Assembly: GCA_963716945.1 (NCBI GenBank)
Contig: OY970322.1
Span: 870,001 to 902,000 of the forward strand
Direction of reading: 5' to 3'
Length of the DNA: 32,000 bases
Source of the DNA: Candidatus Saccharimonadota bacterium
Lineage (GTDB): Bacteria > Patescibacteriota > Saccharimonadia > Saccharimonadales > UBA4665
Shown here one piece after another: positions 16,110 through 23,862 of this stretch. Below the pieces are notes generated by a model. It had not been told where the DNA came from, searched no databases, and saw only the letters and a program-made list of their open reading frames with translations. A program made the position numbers and the translations under genes. How positions within the stretch are numbered: position 1 is the stretch's first letter; the number at the start of each line of letters is the position of its first letter.

Positions 16110-17663
16110 ATGGCCGTGGCTGCAGCGCCTATGAAACACCGCGGGGTTTTAGCTGTTGTCTGTACGATCCTGTTTCTGACCTTTTTGGATAACACCGTTG
16201 TGAGCGTTGTTCTGTCGGGCATCCAGACAGATCTCAATGCCAGCGTTCAAGCACTCCAATGGATAGTTGCCGGCTACATGCTGGCTTTTTCGGCCTTAAT
16301 GCTGACCGGCGGTACCTTAGGCGATATATTCGGCCGTAAAAAAATCATGCTCAGCGGCCTGGCCGTGTTTTCGGCCGGCTCGGCAGTTGCCATGTTGGCA
16401 CCATCAACCAGTATATTGACGGCCGGACGAGTGATTATGGGTATCGGTGCGGCTGCCTCGGAACCAGGCACGTTGTCTATGATCCGCCATATTTTCCCGG
16501 AACGAAAATCACGTTCCAGGGCTCTTGGCGTGTGGGCGGCAGTATCGGGTTCCGCGCTGGCTTTCGGACCGATTATAGGCGGGCTCATCAGCGGCATTGC
16601 CAGCTGGCGGGAAGTGTTTACCTTTAACTTGGTGGCCGGCATATTAACACTGATTATCGGGCTGAAAGTTTTGCCCGAAAGTGCCGACCCGCAGGGCCGG
16701 AAAGTCGATATTGGCGGGCTTGTATCAGGAGCGGCAGCGCTTGGACTGGCAGTATTCTCTGTCATAGCCGGTGAGTCGGCGGGATATGGGACGTGGTGGA
16801 TTGACGCACTGTTTGCCGCTTCGGCTTTTTTCCTGGCCGTTTTCATTTACTGGGAACACCATTACCCTGATGCCATGCTCGAGCTGGAGTACTTCCGCAT
16901 GCCGGCATTTAGCGGTGCCAACATAATTGCCTTTGCCACTAACTTCGGCGTGTTCGCGATCTTTTTCTTCACGGCACTCTACCTGGCCATCGTTGCGGGG
17001 TTTTCGGGATACCGTATCGCGCTGTCATTTGTGGCTTTGGCTGTCAGCATGGTGGCCTCGTCATCATTCACCGGCCGCTGGCTGGCTAGGCACGGACCGG
17101 TCTACCCTATGACGGTGGGCTGCTTGTTGAGCGGTGTGGGCATCTTCATAGTCGACGCAATTATGAAACCGGGCGTTAGCACCGGTTCATTGGTTTGGTC
17201 GTTAGCTATTGTAGGTTTTGGGTTTGGTATGACGCTGGTAACCTCAACCAGTCTGGTGTTAACTATCGTACCGGCCGAACGGTCCGGCATGGCATCCTCA
17301 ACGTTTAATGTGTCGAGAGAACTGGGCGGCGTAGTCGGCGTGGCGGTGCTTGGATCTATCGTAAACGGACAGCTGACATCACAGCTGATCCAAAAATTGC
17401 AGGCTTTGGGATTGCCGCATGACTTTCAGGCGCTGGTTACATATGCGATTACTCACGGCGGTAACTTACCGGCCAACAGCCATGTTTCGGCCGGAGCGGT
17501 GCTGAGCCACCCCCAGTTAGTACAACAAGTGACCGAGGCATCGTATCAGGCCTTCGGGAACGGTTTAGATATTGCCCTGCGGTTGGCCGGAATAATCATG
17601 CTGGTATCGGCCGCTATATCGGTTCTGACTATGCGGCTACCGGCAAACAAGTTGCGCTTCTAG
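16110..17663 (+). CDS. MFS transporter, DHA2 (14-TMS, EmrB/QacA-like)
   Basis: 517 aa. Has the pattern LDNTVVSVVLSGIQTDL, the motif GxLGDxFGRKK, and about 14 hydrophobic segments. SD AAGGAGGG lies upstream. Confidence 0.9.
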   Translation: MAVAAAPMKHRGVLAVVCTILFLTFLDNTVVSVVLSGIQTDLNASVQALQWIVAGYMLAFSALMLTGGTLGDIFGRKKIMLSGLAVFSAGSAVAMLAPSTSILTAGRVIMGIGAAASEPGTLSMIRHIFPERKSRSRALGVWAAVSGSALAFGPIIGGLISGIASWREVFTFNLVAGILTLIIGLKVLPESADPQGRKVDIGGLVSGAAALGLAVFSVIAGESAGYGTWWIDALFAASAFFLAVFIYWEHHYPDAMLELEYFRMPAFSGANIIAFATNFGVFAIFFFTALYLAIVAGFSGYRIALSFVALAVSMVASSSFTGRWLARHGPVYPMTVGCLLSGVGIFIVDAIMKPGVSTGSLVWSLAIVGFGFGMTLVTSTSLVLTIVPAERSGMASSTFNVSRELGGVVGVAVLGSIVNGQLTSQLIQKLQALGLPHDFQALVTYAITHGGNLPANSHVSAGAVLSHPQLVQQVTEASYQAFGNGLDIALRLAGIIMLVSAAISVLTMRLPANKLRF

Positions 17664-17801
17664 ACCTTGTCGTCCGGCCGTAAGCGCTTGGGCTTCCGTC
17701 AGTTAGTGTCGATGCCTTGATCATCAAGCACCAGGCGCAGTTTCATAAGGCCGAAGGAAACCTTTTGCATGATAGACCTTCTTGGTACCGGGGGTTTATG
17801 G

Positions 17802-18575
17802 TCAAGTATTCACGACGATGGTTTTGCGCTTATAGACCATGAGTGAGAGGCAGTAGGTAACGACCAGAATGCCCAGGCTCCAGGCGACGGCCGTCCATAC
17901 TCTCGGGCCGGCCGTGCCGTTCGTCAGCAGCGACCTCATCGTTTCGACGATTGGCGTCATTGGCTGGTTTTCGGCGAAGCCCCGGAGAAACGGTTTGATT
18001 GAAGATGTGGGCACGAATGCCGGGCTGATGAAAATCAGCAGCAGCAAGATGTAGCTAAACGCGCCGGCGCCTTCCATCGTCTTGGCCAGCAACCCGAAGA
18101 ACATTGCCATCCAAGTGGTAGCCAGCGTGAATAGCAGCAAGATTCCGGCAAAGATTAACCACTCGGCTACACCGGCGCCGGAACGAAACCCGATCGCGAA
18201 CGCTACCAATAAGACCAAGAACGACGAAAAAAGGTTCGACAGCGTTGACGACAGGGCCTGGCCGCCTAAGATCGACGACGGCGCGACCGGCATCGTGCGA
18301 AAGCGGTTGATGATGCCGCTCTGTAAATCCATGCTCAACCGGACCGCGGCATAGGCGATGCCGCTGACGACCGTCATGACAATAATGCCAGGGGTAATGA
18401 AGTCGACGTACTTGACCGAACCGGTTTGCTGTCCGATCGACCCGCCAAATATATATATGAACAGCAGCATCAGAGCTATCGGCATTAGCACCACGGTGAT
18501 AATAGTGTCCAGGCTGCGCGTAATGTGTTTCAGGCTGCGCTTGGCCATGGTCCAGGTATCTTGAATAGCGTACAT
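17802..18575 (-). CDS. ABC-2 type transporter permease
   Basis: 257 aa with 6 TM segments. Its start overlaps the stop of the upstream ATPase gene by 1 nt. It resembles DrrB/ABC-2 permeases. Confidence 0.85.
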   Translation of the reverse strand: MYAIQDTWTMAKRSLKHITRSLDTIITVVLMPIALMLLFIYIFGGSIGQQTGSVKYVDFITPGIIVMTVVSGIAYAAVRLSMDLQSGIINRFRTMPVAPSSILGGQALSSTLSNLFSSFLVLLVAFAIGFRSGAGVAEWLIFAGILLLFTLATTWMAMFFGLLAKTMEGAGAFSYILLLLIFISPAFVPTSSIKPFLRGFAENQPMTPIVETMRSLLTNGTAGPRVWTAVAWSLGILVVTYCLSLMVYKRKTIVVNT

Positions 18576-19501
18576 TATTTATCCTCCTTGCGGCCGGTAA
18601 TTTTTAAGAAAACGTCGTCCAGCGTGACGGTTTTTTGCGAGAATTCCGCCGGCTCAATCCGGGCGTCCCGTAGGGCCGTAAAAACACCGGCCACCTCGGC
18701 CACGCTGCCGTCTGTCGTAACGACAAGTTTTAGGCCGTCTTCTTTCGATGCCAAATGTTTTTCAAGTATATGCGCGGCCTTTTCGAAATCCTTGCTATTA
18801 TCGAACGTAAGTTCTATGAATCCGCCGGGAACAAGTTTCTTCAGCTCGTCGGCAGTGCCGGTCGCGACAATTTTGCCTTGATGCAAGACCGCGATTTTAT
18901 CAGCCAGCCGATCCGCCTCCTCCAGGTACTGCGTGGTTAGAAAGACCGTTGTGCCATCGTCGGCCAGACTGCGGATCGTCCGCCACATTTCGTTGCGGGC
19001 TTCAGGGTCAAAACCGGTAGTCGGCTCATCCAGAAAAATAACCGACGGGTTGCCAATCAGGCTCATGGCTATGTCCAGACGCCGCCGCATACCGCCGGAA
19101 AAAGTCGTTACGCTGCGGTCGGCAGCATCGCTCAAGCCGAACTTTTCTAATAATTTAGCTGCCGTTCCGGCCGGGTCCTTAACATGCCTCAAGTCACCAA
19201 TGAGCTTTAGATTCTCCCTGGCAGTCAGCCGGCTGTCGACTGCCGCGAACTGGCCGGTCAGGCTAATTTGATTGCGGACCTTGCCTGGCTGCCTTGCTAC
19301 GTCAAACCCATTGACGGCCGCGGCACCGGAATCCGACTTAATAAGAGTCGTCAAAATGTTGATCGTTGTAGTCTTACCCGATCCGTTGCTTCCCAGCAGG
19401 GCAAAGACCGTTCCCTTGCCGACTTTGAACGTGACGCCCTTAAGTACTGCTACGTTTTTGTATGATTTTTTAAGACCTGAAGCTTCGATTGCTACCCCCA
19501 C
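18575..19501 (-). CDS. ABC transporter ATP-binding protein (DrrA-like)
   Basis: Walker A GSNGSGKTT, signature FSGGMRRRL and Walker B VIFLDEPTTGFD are present. GTG start with SD GGAGGG. Confidence 0.93.
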   Translation of the reverse strand: MGVAIEASGLKKSYKNVAVLKGVTFKVGKGTVFALLGSNGSGKTTTINILTTLIKSDSGAAAVNGFDVARQPGKVRNQISLTGQFAAVDSRLTARENLKLIGDLRHVKDPAGTAAKLLEKFGLSDAADRSVTTFSGGMRRRLDIAMSLIGNPSVIFLDEPTTGFDPEARNEMWRTIRSLADDGTTVFLTTQYLEEADRLADKIAVLHQGKIVATGTADELKKLVPGGFIELTFDNSKDFEKAAHILEKHLASKEDGLKLVVTTDGSVAEVAGVFTALRDARIEPAEFSQKTVTLDDVFLKITGRKEDK

Positions 19502-19510
19502 GCTACCCTC

Positions 19511-19990
19511 CTACTTATTATTGTCTAGAACCTTATCCCTGTACTCATGCCATTCTTCGAGCAAGACGGGCATCCTCTGCGCCAGAAAATCATTTAGGGC
19601 GGCGACTTCTTCCAGTATTTGCTTGCGCTCTGCCGGAGCGTCCTTGAGGAGCTTCAAACCCTCGCGGGCCAAATCCCCTTGCTGCACGTATTCGCTGGCG
19701 TTGAAGCCCGAATTCTCCCAACCGCCGGACTTGAGGCTGATCAGGTCGGAACGGCTGCCGGCCGGACGTGCCCGGGTTATCAGATCCAGGGTTTCCAGCA
19801 TTTTGACCGCACCGTTGATGGCGCTGCGGCTTGTCAGCAAGGCCTCGGAAATATCGCCGATTGATTGCTGCATCGGCTGACAAACCGATAAGTAGCCGAT
19901 AAGGCGGCCGACTACCGGCGGAAAACTGTACTGTTTGGCATAAAAACGCCCGACATGATCGGCGTAAATAAGTACTGCATCATTATTCAT
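19511..19990 (-). CDS. winged-helix transcriptional regulator (GbsR/MarR-like)
   Basis: The wHTH segment reads IGDISEALLTSRSAINGAVKMLETLDLI. I prefer the ATG at 19990 (MNNDAVLIY...) over the ORF-track start at 20053, which would lie beyond the operator and -10 box. Confidence 0.7.
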   Translation of the reverse strand: MNNDAVLIYADHVGRFYAKQYSFPPVVGRLIGYLSVCQPMQQSIGDISEALLTSRSAINGAVKMLETLDLITRARPAGSRSDLISLKSGGWENSGFNASEYVQQGDLAREGLKLLKDAPAERKQILEEVAALNDFLAQRMPVLLEEWHEYRDKVLDNNK

Positions 19991-20014
19991 AGTTCCCAAT
20001 ATACATAAATGACT

Positions 20015-20040
20015 GAAATAACACAAATTTGTGTTATTTC
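20015..20040. promoter_or_regulatory. 26-bp perfect palindrome, candidate operator of the regulator-ABC operon
   Basis: GAAATAACACAAA|TTTGTGTTATTTC is verified base by base. It lies 25 nt upstream of ATG 19990 and overlaps the -35 position of a TATATT -10 box (20003..19998, 7 nt before the ATG). Confidence 0.5.
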
Positions 20041-20089
20041 GTCCGCAGGCCAATCGGGTCGAACCTGTGGCCGTGCTATATGACTTGTG

Positions 20090-21004
20090 CTATTTTCTAT
20101 CCAACGCGGTCAGGATGGCCACGACGGTCTTGTCTTTTAGCAAGTCCGGCGCAAGCTTATCCAAGGCTGCAACGCCGGCAGCCGAGGATAGCTCGATGTT
20201 CCAGCCGTGACGCGACAGTATTTCGGCTTTGGCTTTTTCCATCTCTTGGTTAGTGACGAATACCGACCAGCCGCCGCTGCGCGCCTCGACGTCTTCAACG
20301 TATTTGGTAGTCAGGTCGGTAACTATCGATAAAGCCTCCGACCCCGTCCGCTGATTGGCCCGGGCCAGTATGAACCGCGGGACTTTGGCAATCTTGCCGG
20401 CCTGCGCCAGGTCGATGAACTCACGCAAAGCGCCTTCGGCATGGTCGGCAAACGATACCGGCAAGCTGACGATATCGGGAGCATCGTGCAGGGCGCCTAC
20501 GATTTCCGTGCCGGTGAGCCGGTAGGCGTCAACCGCGGGCAGGTCTTGGCCCGCTTGCCGCTGCTTGTGAGTAATACCTAGCGGGAAATAGCCTTGTTCG
20601 ACGAACTTCTCATAGGCCCTCTGCTGCGCCGGTTCGTCGGCCTCGATTACGAAAGACGCGCCATTCTGCTTGTAGAGCTCGAGGTAGACCGGGCTTACGA
20701 CCACGTCCATACATACCAAGCACTCTATATTGGCTTTTTTGCAAGCGTAGGCCAGGGCCAGGCCTTGGTTGCCTTCGGACATGGCAACGACTCTTTTGGC
20801 TCCGTTCTTTTTAGCCAGCTCTACCGCCCCTTCTGCCCACTTATCCTTGTGAGACTTGGTCGGCCCGTACCACTCCGGCTTCAACAAAATATTGCTTTGG
20901 TAGCGGCTGGATAGGTAGTTTGACTCGACTAGCGTAGGTTTATTCATATGGATAGCATGACAAATGGCCGGCCTATTCTCAACTAGGTGGTTATTATCCT
21001 TCAT
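20090..21004 (-). CDS. PLP-dependent enzyme, fold type II (Trp-synthase-beta/threonine synthase/cysteine synthase superfamily)
   Basis: GPTKSHKDKWA aligns to the PLP-lysine motif (nPTGSfKDR), and SEGNQGLALAYA aligns to SsGNhgqAlA. Substrate specificity is unknown. An alternative start is at M20. Confidence 0.7.
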   Translation of the reverse strand: MKDNNHLVENRPAICHAIHMNKPTLVESNYLSSRYQSNILLKPEWYGPTKSHKDKWAEGAVELAKKNGAKRVVAMSEGNQGLALAYACKKANIECLVCMDVVVSPVYLELYKQNGASFVIEADEPAQQRAYEKFVEQGYFPLGITHKQRQAGQDLPAVDAYRLTGTEIVGALHDAPDIVSLPVSFADHAEGALREFIDLAQAGKIAKVPRFILARANQRTGSEALSIVTDLTTKYVEDVEARSGGWSVFVTNQEMEKAKAEILSRHGWNIELSSAAGVAALDKLAPDLLKDKTVVAILTALDRK

Positions 21005-21028
21005 GGAGGCGGGGATTAATAAGCGGGC

Positions 21029-22816
21029 CTACGAGGCGACCAGCTCGCGTTCCCGCGTGCGCGTGGCGGCTAATGAACCGTCGGTCGCGTCATAGGGGAA
21101 GAGTTCGTCGTCTGGCATTGACGATCGGTGGAGCTTATCGCTGACTTTGCGTATACCCCTCAGTGCCAACCGGCGCGCTTGGCTGGCGCTTACACCGAAT
21201 TCGGCACCGGTTTCCCCCCATGAGGGAAGGCCGGGTGTCAAGAAGTAACTTGTTATAATCTCCTTCTCCCGATTGCCGGCAGCCGGCAAGACCTCTTCCC
21301 AGGTTTTGGTCCCGAGAGCTTGAGCTCCGATTCGTCTCACGAGGGCCCACTCGTTAGTTTCAAGGTCTACTTCCCGGGCCGGGAACCGGTCTTCGTCATA
21401 AAAGACTTTTACCATGAGGGCCAGTTCCGGACGGGTGCGGGCACCGACTTTCTTCTTGAGCTGGTAAACTATTTCCCCCAGTCTTTCGACGGTGCAATCA
21501 AGCTCCAGATCGTCAATGATGTCCTGGTAGTTCCAGTGGAGCCGCTGTATGATTCTCACTTCCTGCGCGTGGAAGGCTTCGGTTATAGGCAGCTTGGGCT
21601 CGGCCAGGTCAAACTCCATGCCTTGTTCGTATAGCTCCAGAATAAGGGCGGTCCTGGTGTTATATTCCAGGCCGGCCTTTTGCATTACGGTGCCGACTAC
21701 GCTCGCCACGCCGCTTTCACTCAGATCAATGTCGGGCATGCGGGATATGTCCTTGTTGTGCATGTACAGCGCCCTTTTCATGATTTCGGACTGCAGGGGC
21801 GTGAGCTTCTGCAGCAAAGGCGTTTCCGGCGGATTCAGTTCTTCTTCGGTAGGCTCAAACTTGTGCATTTGAGCCAGCAGCGCCCGTTCGGCGCGGCTTC
21901 TGGCTTGGGTTTTGGACCGCAGTGAAGTCCCCAGCCTCAGCAATTTCCGTTTGGTAAAACCGAGCTCCTCGGCGATGGCGGCGTTAGGCATGTGCAGGCG
22001 GCTGGCCACCAAACGTTCGTCGACCGTGAAATGTTCCCGGCCCGGTATTTCCACTACATCGTAGTTCATACCCTTGCGCCAGGCTTTGACGGCTGCTTCT
22101 TCCCGGGTTTGAGCGCCGAGCTTTTGTTTTATCGAGGCTACGATCTCGTTTACCTTGTTAATACTGCCTATGCCCGTGGCCACACCGATAGTTTCGGCGT
22201 TCAGGTGTAGTAGGCTGGCGACTTTCAATTCCTCTTCATCAAGCCACCTGGCTTCCTGGTCTTCGATTCTGGCCTGCGTTTTTCTGACAGCCGCCGGGCT
22301 AGGCGCCATATAGGCGTTGTCGATGAATTGGTAGATGCCTTCCATCGGCTTCTCAGCTACCTCCACGAATGAGTCGCCGGCTTGTTGCGGCATGGCTACG
22401 CCAAAAGCCTCATGCATGCAGCGCGCAGCATAGTCGCTGAATTCTCCGTCCTGTTCCCTGTCGTAAGTTTTGGCGGCCTTTATCAGGCCGTGCCGTCCCC
22501 TGCTCAGCAAATCTTCCGGACCGAAAGGGCCGCGCTTAAAGGGGTACGCAACGGTTGCGATCAGTCCCCAATGACTGTCAACCAGCTCGCGCGTACTGTC
22601 TAAGCTGCCCTTCCTGAGACCCGCTATCAGCAGGCGTTGCGTGGCCGGATCGGGCAAACTGTCGGGAAAGCCCGCTTGTTTTTGCTCGATAATCAAGGCG
22701 TCTATCTGATCTTGGGGATCAAGATAGATAACCTCTTCGATATACCGGCGAGGGTCATTATTAAAGGTAAAATCCGGCCACTCGCGCGGCAGCCGGACCG
22801 CATCCGTTTCCATCAC
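21029..22816 (-). CDS. sigma-70-family-like protein with four additional LuxR/GerE-type HTH modules
   Basis: A sigma region 2 pattern spans aa ~60-140, and a region 4 pattern spans aa ~512-562. Four modules of about 60 aa (aa 191-473) each end in K-x-G-x-x-[TS]R-x-E/A-like helices. The first codon at 22816 is GTG, and the ATG at 22813 is the likely leaderless start. Confidence 0.7.
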   Translation of the reverse strand: MMETDAVRLPREWPDFTFNNDPRRYIEEVIYLDPQDQIDALIIEQKQAGFPDSLPDPATQRLLIAGLRKGSLDSTRELVDSHWGLIATVAYPFKRGPFGPEDLLSRGRHGLIKAAKTYDREQDGEFSDYAARCMHEAFGVAMPQQAGDSFVEVAEKPMEGIYQFIDNAYMAPSPAAVRKTQARIEDQEARWLDEEELKVASLLHLNAETIGVATGIGSINKVNEIVASIKQKLGAQTREEAAVKAWRKGMNYDVVEIPGREHFTVDERLVASRLHMPNAAIAEELGFTKRKLLRLGTSLRSKTQARSRAERALLAQMHKFEPTEEELNPPETPLLQKLTPLQSEIMKRALYMHNKDISRMPDIDLSESGVASVVGTVMQKAGLEYNTRTALILELYEQGMEFDLAEPKLPITEAFHAQEVRIIQRLHWNYQDIIDDLELDCTVERLGEIVYQLKKKVGARTRPELALMVKVFYDEDRFPAREVDLETNEWALVRRIGAQALGTKTWEEVLPAAGNREKEIITSYFLTPGLPSWGETGAEFGVSASQARRLALRGIRKVSDKLHRSSMPDDELFPYDATDGSLAATRTRERELVAS

Positions 22817-22819
22817 TAT

Positions 22820-22848
22820 ATAATTACATATTAACTCTTATAAGTCAA
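22820..22848 (-). promoter_or_regulatory. promoter TTGACT-17nt-(TGt)AATTAT for the sigma-like gene
   Basis: Minus strand reads TTGACT (22848..22843), a 17-nt spacer ending in TGT, then AATTAT (22825..22820). The ATG at 22813 lies 6 nt downstream. Confidence 0.45.
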
Positions 22849-22972
22849 TGCCCTGTCGGCGGGCCTGGCTCATATGTGACCGTAATCAATTTGGCCTCGC
22901 GGCATTACTCACAGACAAATATACGTTGGCGGCACAGACTATGGATGTCAGCTTAATTCACGGAGGAGGTTT

Positions 22973-23044
22973 ATGGAGAAGCTAGCCACGCGCTGCCATG
23001 AGACGGTCATGGAAAGACGCGATAACCGCGTCACCGTACATTAA
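22973..23044 (+). CDS. possible 23-aa upstream ORF (MEKLATRCHETVMERRDNRVTVH)
   Basis: A strong SD, GGAGGAGG, ends 3 nt before the ATG. The ORF stops 24 nt before the hsp20 start. It is too short to assess coding potential. Confidence 0.15.
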   Translation: MEKLATRCHETVMERRDNRVTVH

Positions 23045-23068
23045 ATTAAGTAAAGAGGAGCTAACACT

Positions 23069-23497
23069 ATGCAATTAGTAAGATACAACCCGCTTCGCGA
23101 TTTGCAAAAAATGGAACGCGATTTAGACAAGTTTTGGGATAGCGGCTGGGGCCTGGTACCGTCGATTGCGGATTCGACCACCATGGATCTCTATGAAGAA
23201 GACGGCAAGCTGGTAGCCGAAGTCAGCCTGCCCAACTTTAAGAAAGAAGAGGTCAAGGTGACCGCCGACGAGGGCGTGCTGGAGATTTCGGCCGAACACC
23301 AGGAGAAAGCAGAGGACAAGGACAAGCGGCGCTACTATTTCCGCGAGAGCAGCAACCGTTACTTGCGCCGGGTCAGTCTCCCCGAAGGCGCCAAAACTGA
23401 TAAGATCGAGGCCGAATTCAAGGATGGCGTGCTCAAGGTAAGTATGCCGGCGGCCAAACCGGCCAAAATTGAAGCTAAATCAGTCCCCATAAAGTAG
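23069..23497 (+). CDS. hsp20: small heat-shock protein, Hsp20/alpha-crystallin family
   Basis: 142 aa. The alpha-crystallin domain pattern is present (DLYEEDGKLVAEVSLPNFKKEEVKV...GVLEISAEH...FRESSNRYLRRVSLPEG...AEFKDGVLKVSMP). SD AGAGGAG. Confidence 0.93.
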   Translation: MQLVRYNPLRDLQKMERDLDKFWDSGWGLVPSIADSTTMDLYEEDGKLVAEVSLPNFKKEEVKVTADEGVLEISAEHQEKAEDKDKRRYYFRESSNRYLRRVSLPEGAKTDKIEAEFKDGVLKVSMPAAKPAKIEAKSVPIK

Positions 23498-23500
23498 GCT

Positions 23501-23773
23501 ATGATGACATACGCCAAACCGCTGCCACGCATTGATAACGTACTCTGGCTGAGAAAATTAGCCCGGCCCTTCCCGGCTACCGCCGGCAAGATATTGGGCA
23601 TAGCCAAAGCCTGGAACTTTAGTGCCGGCACGACTGACTTCCTTAAACTATTTCCCGAAGACGAGGTGTTCGACAGCGGCGATGATTTTTTGACCCGTTG
23701 CGACGAGTTAGAACTCTTGATCCGGGAGGAACGCCGGATGCCGGTCGAAAGCCTGCGCAGTCCGCAAGACTAG
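23501..23773 (+). CDS. small protein, DUF2795-like
   Basis: 90 aa. The start lies 3 nt after the hsp20 stop. The pattern FPATAGKILGIAKAWNFSAGTTDFLKLFPEDEVFDSGDDF resembles DUF2795. This is judged from memory only. Confidence 0.45.
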   Translation: MMTYAKPLPRIDNVLWLRKLARPFPATAGKILGIAKAWNFSAGTTDFLKLFPEDEVFDSGDDFLTRCDELELLIREERRMPVESLRSPQD

Positions 23774-23862
23774 GGGCCCTATATCCGCTTACCGAAGCCG
23801 GCAGGGCTTGAAATCATGCAAGCCTTTCAACTAATCGGTCCGCCCATGCCAAAGACTTTATA

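Noticed and set aside
23805-23830. Hairpin GGCTTG-AAATCATG-CAAGCC followed by TTTC after the DUF2795-like gene, considered as a terminator.
   Set aside because: The stem is only 6 bp and the T-tract is poor. The downstream ATPase has no convincing promoter of its own, so read-through is as likely.
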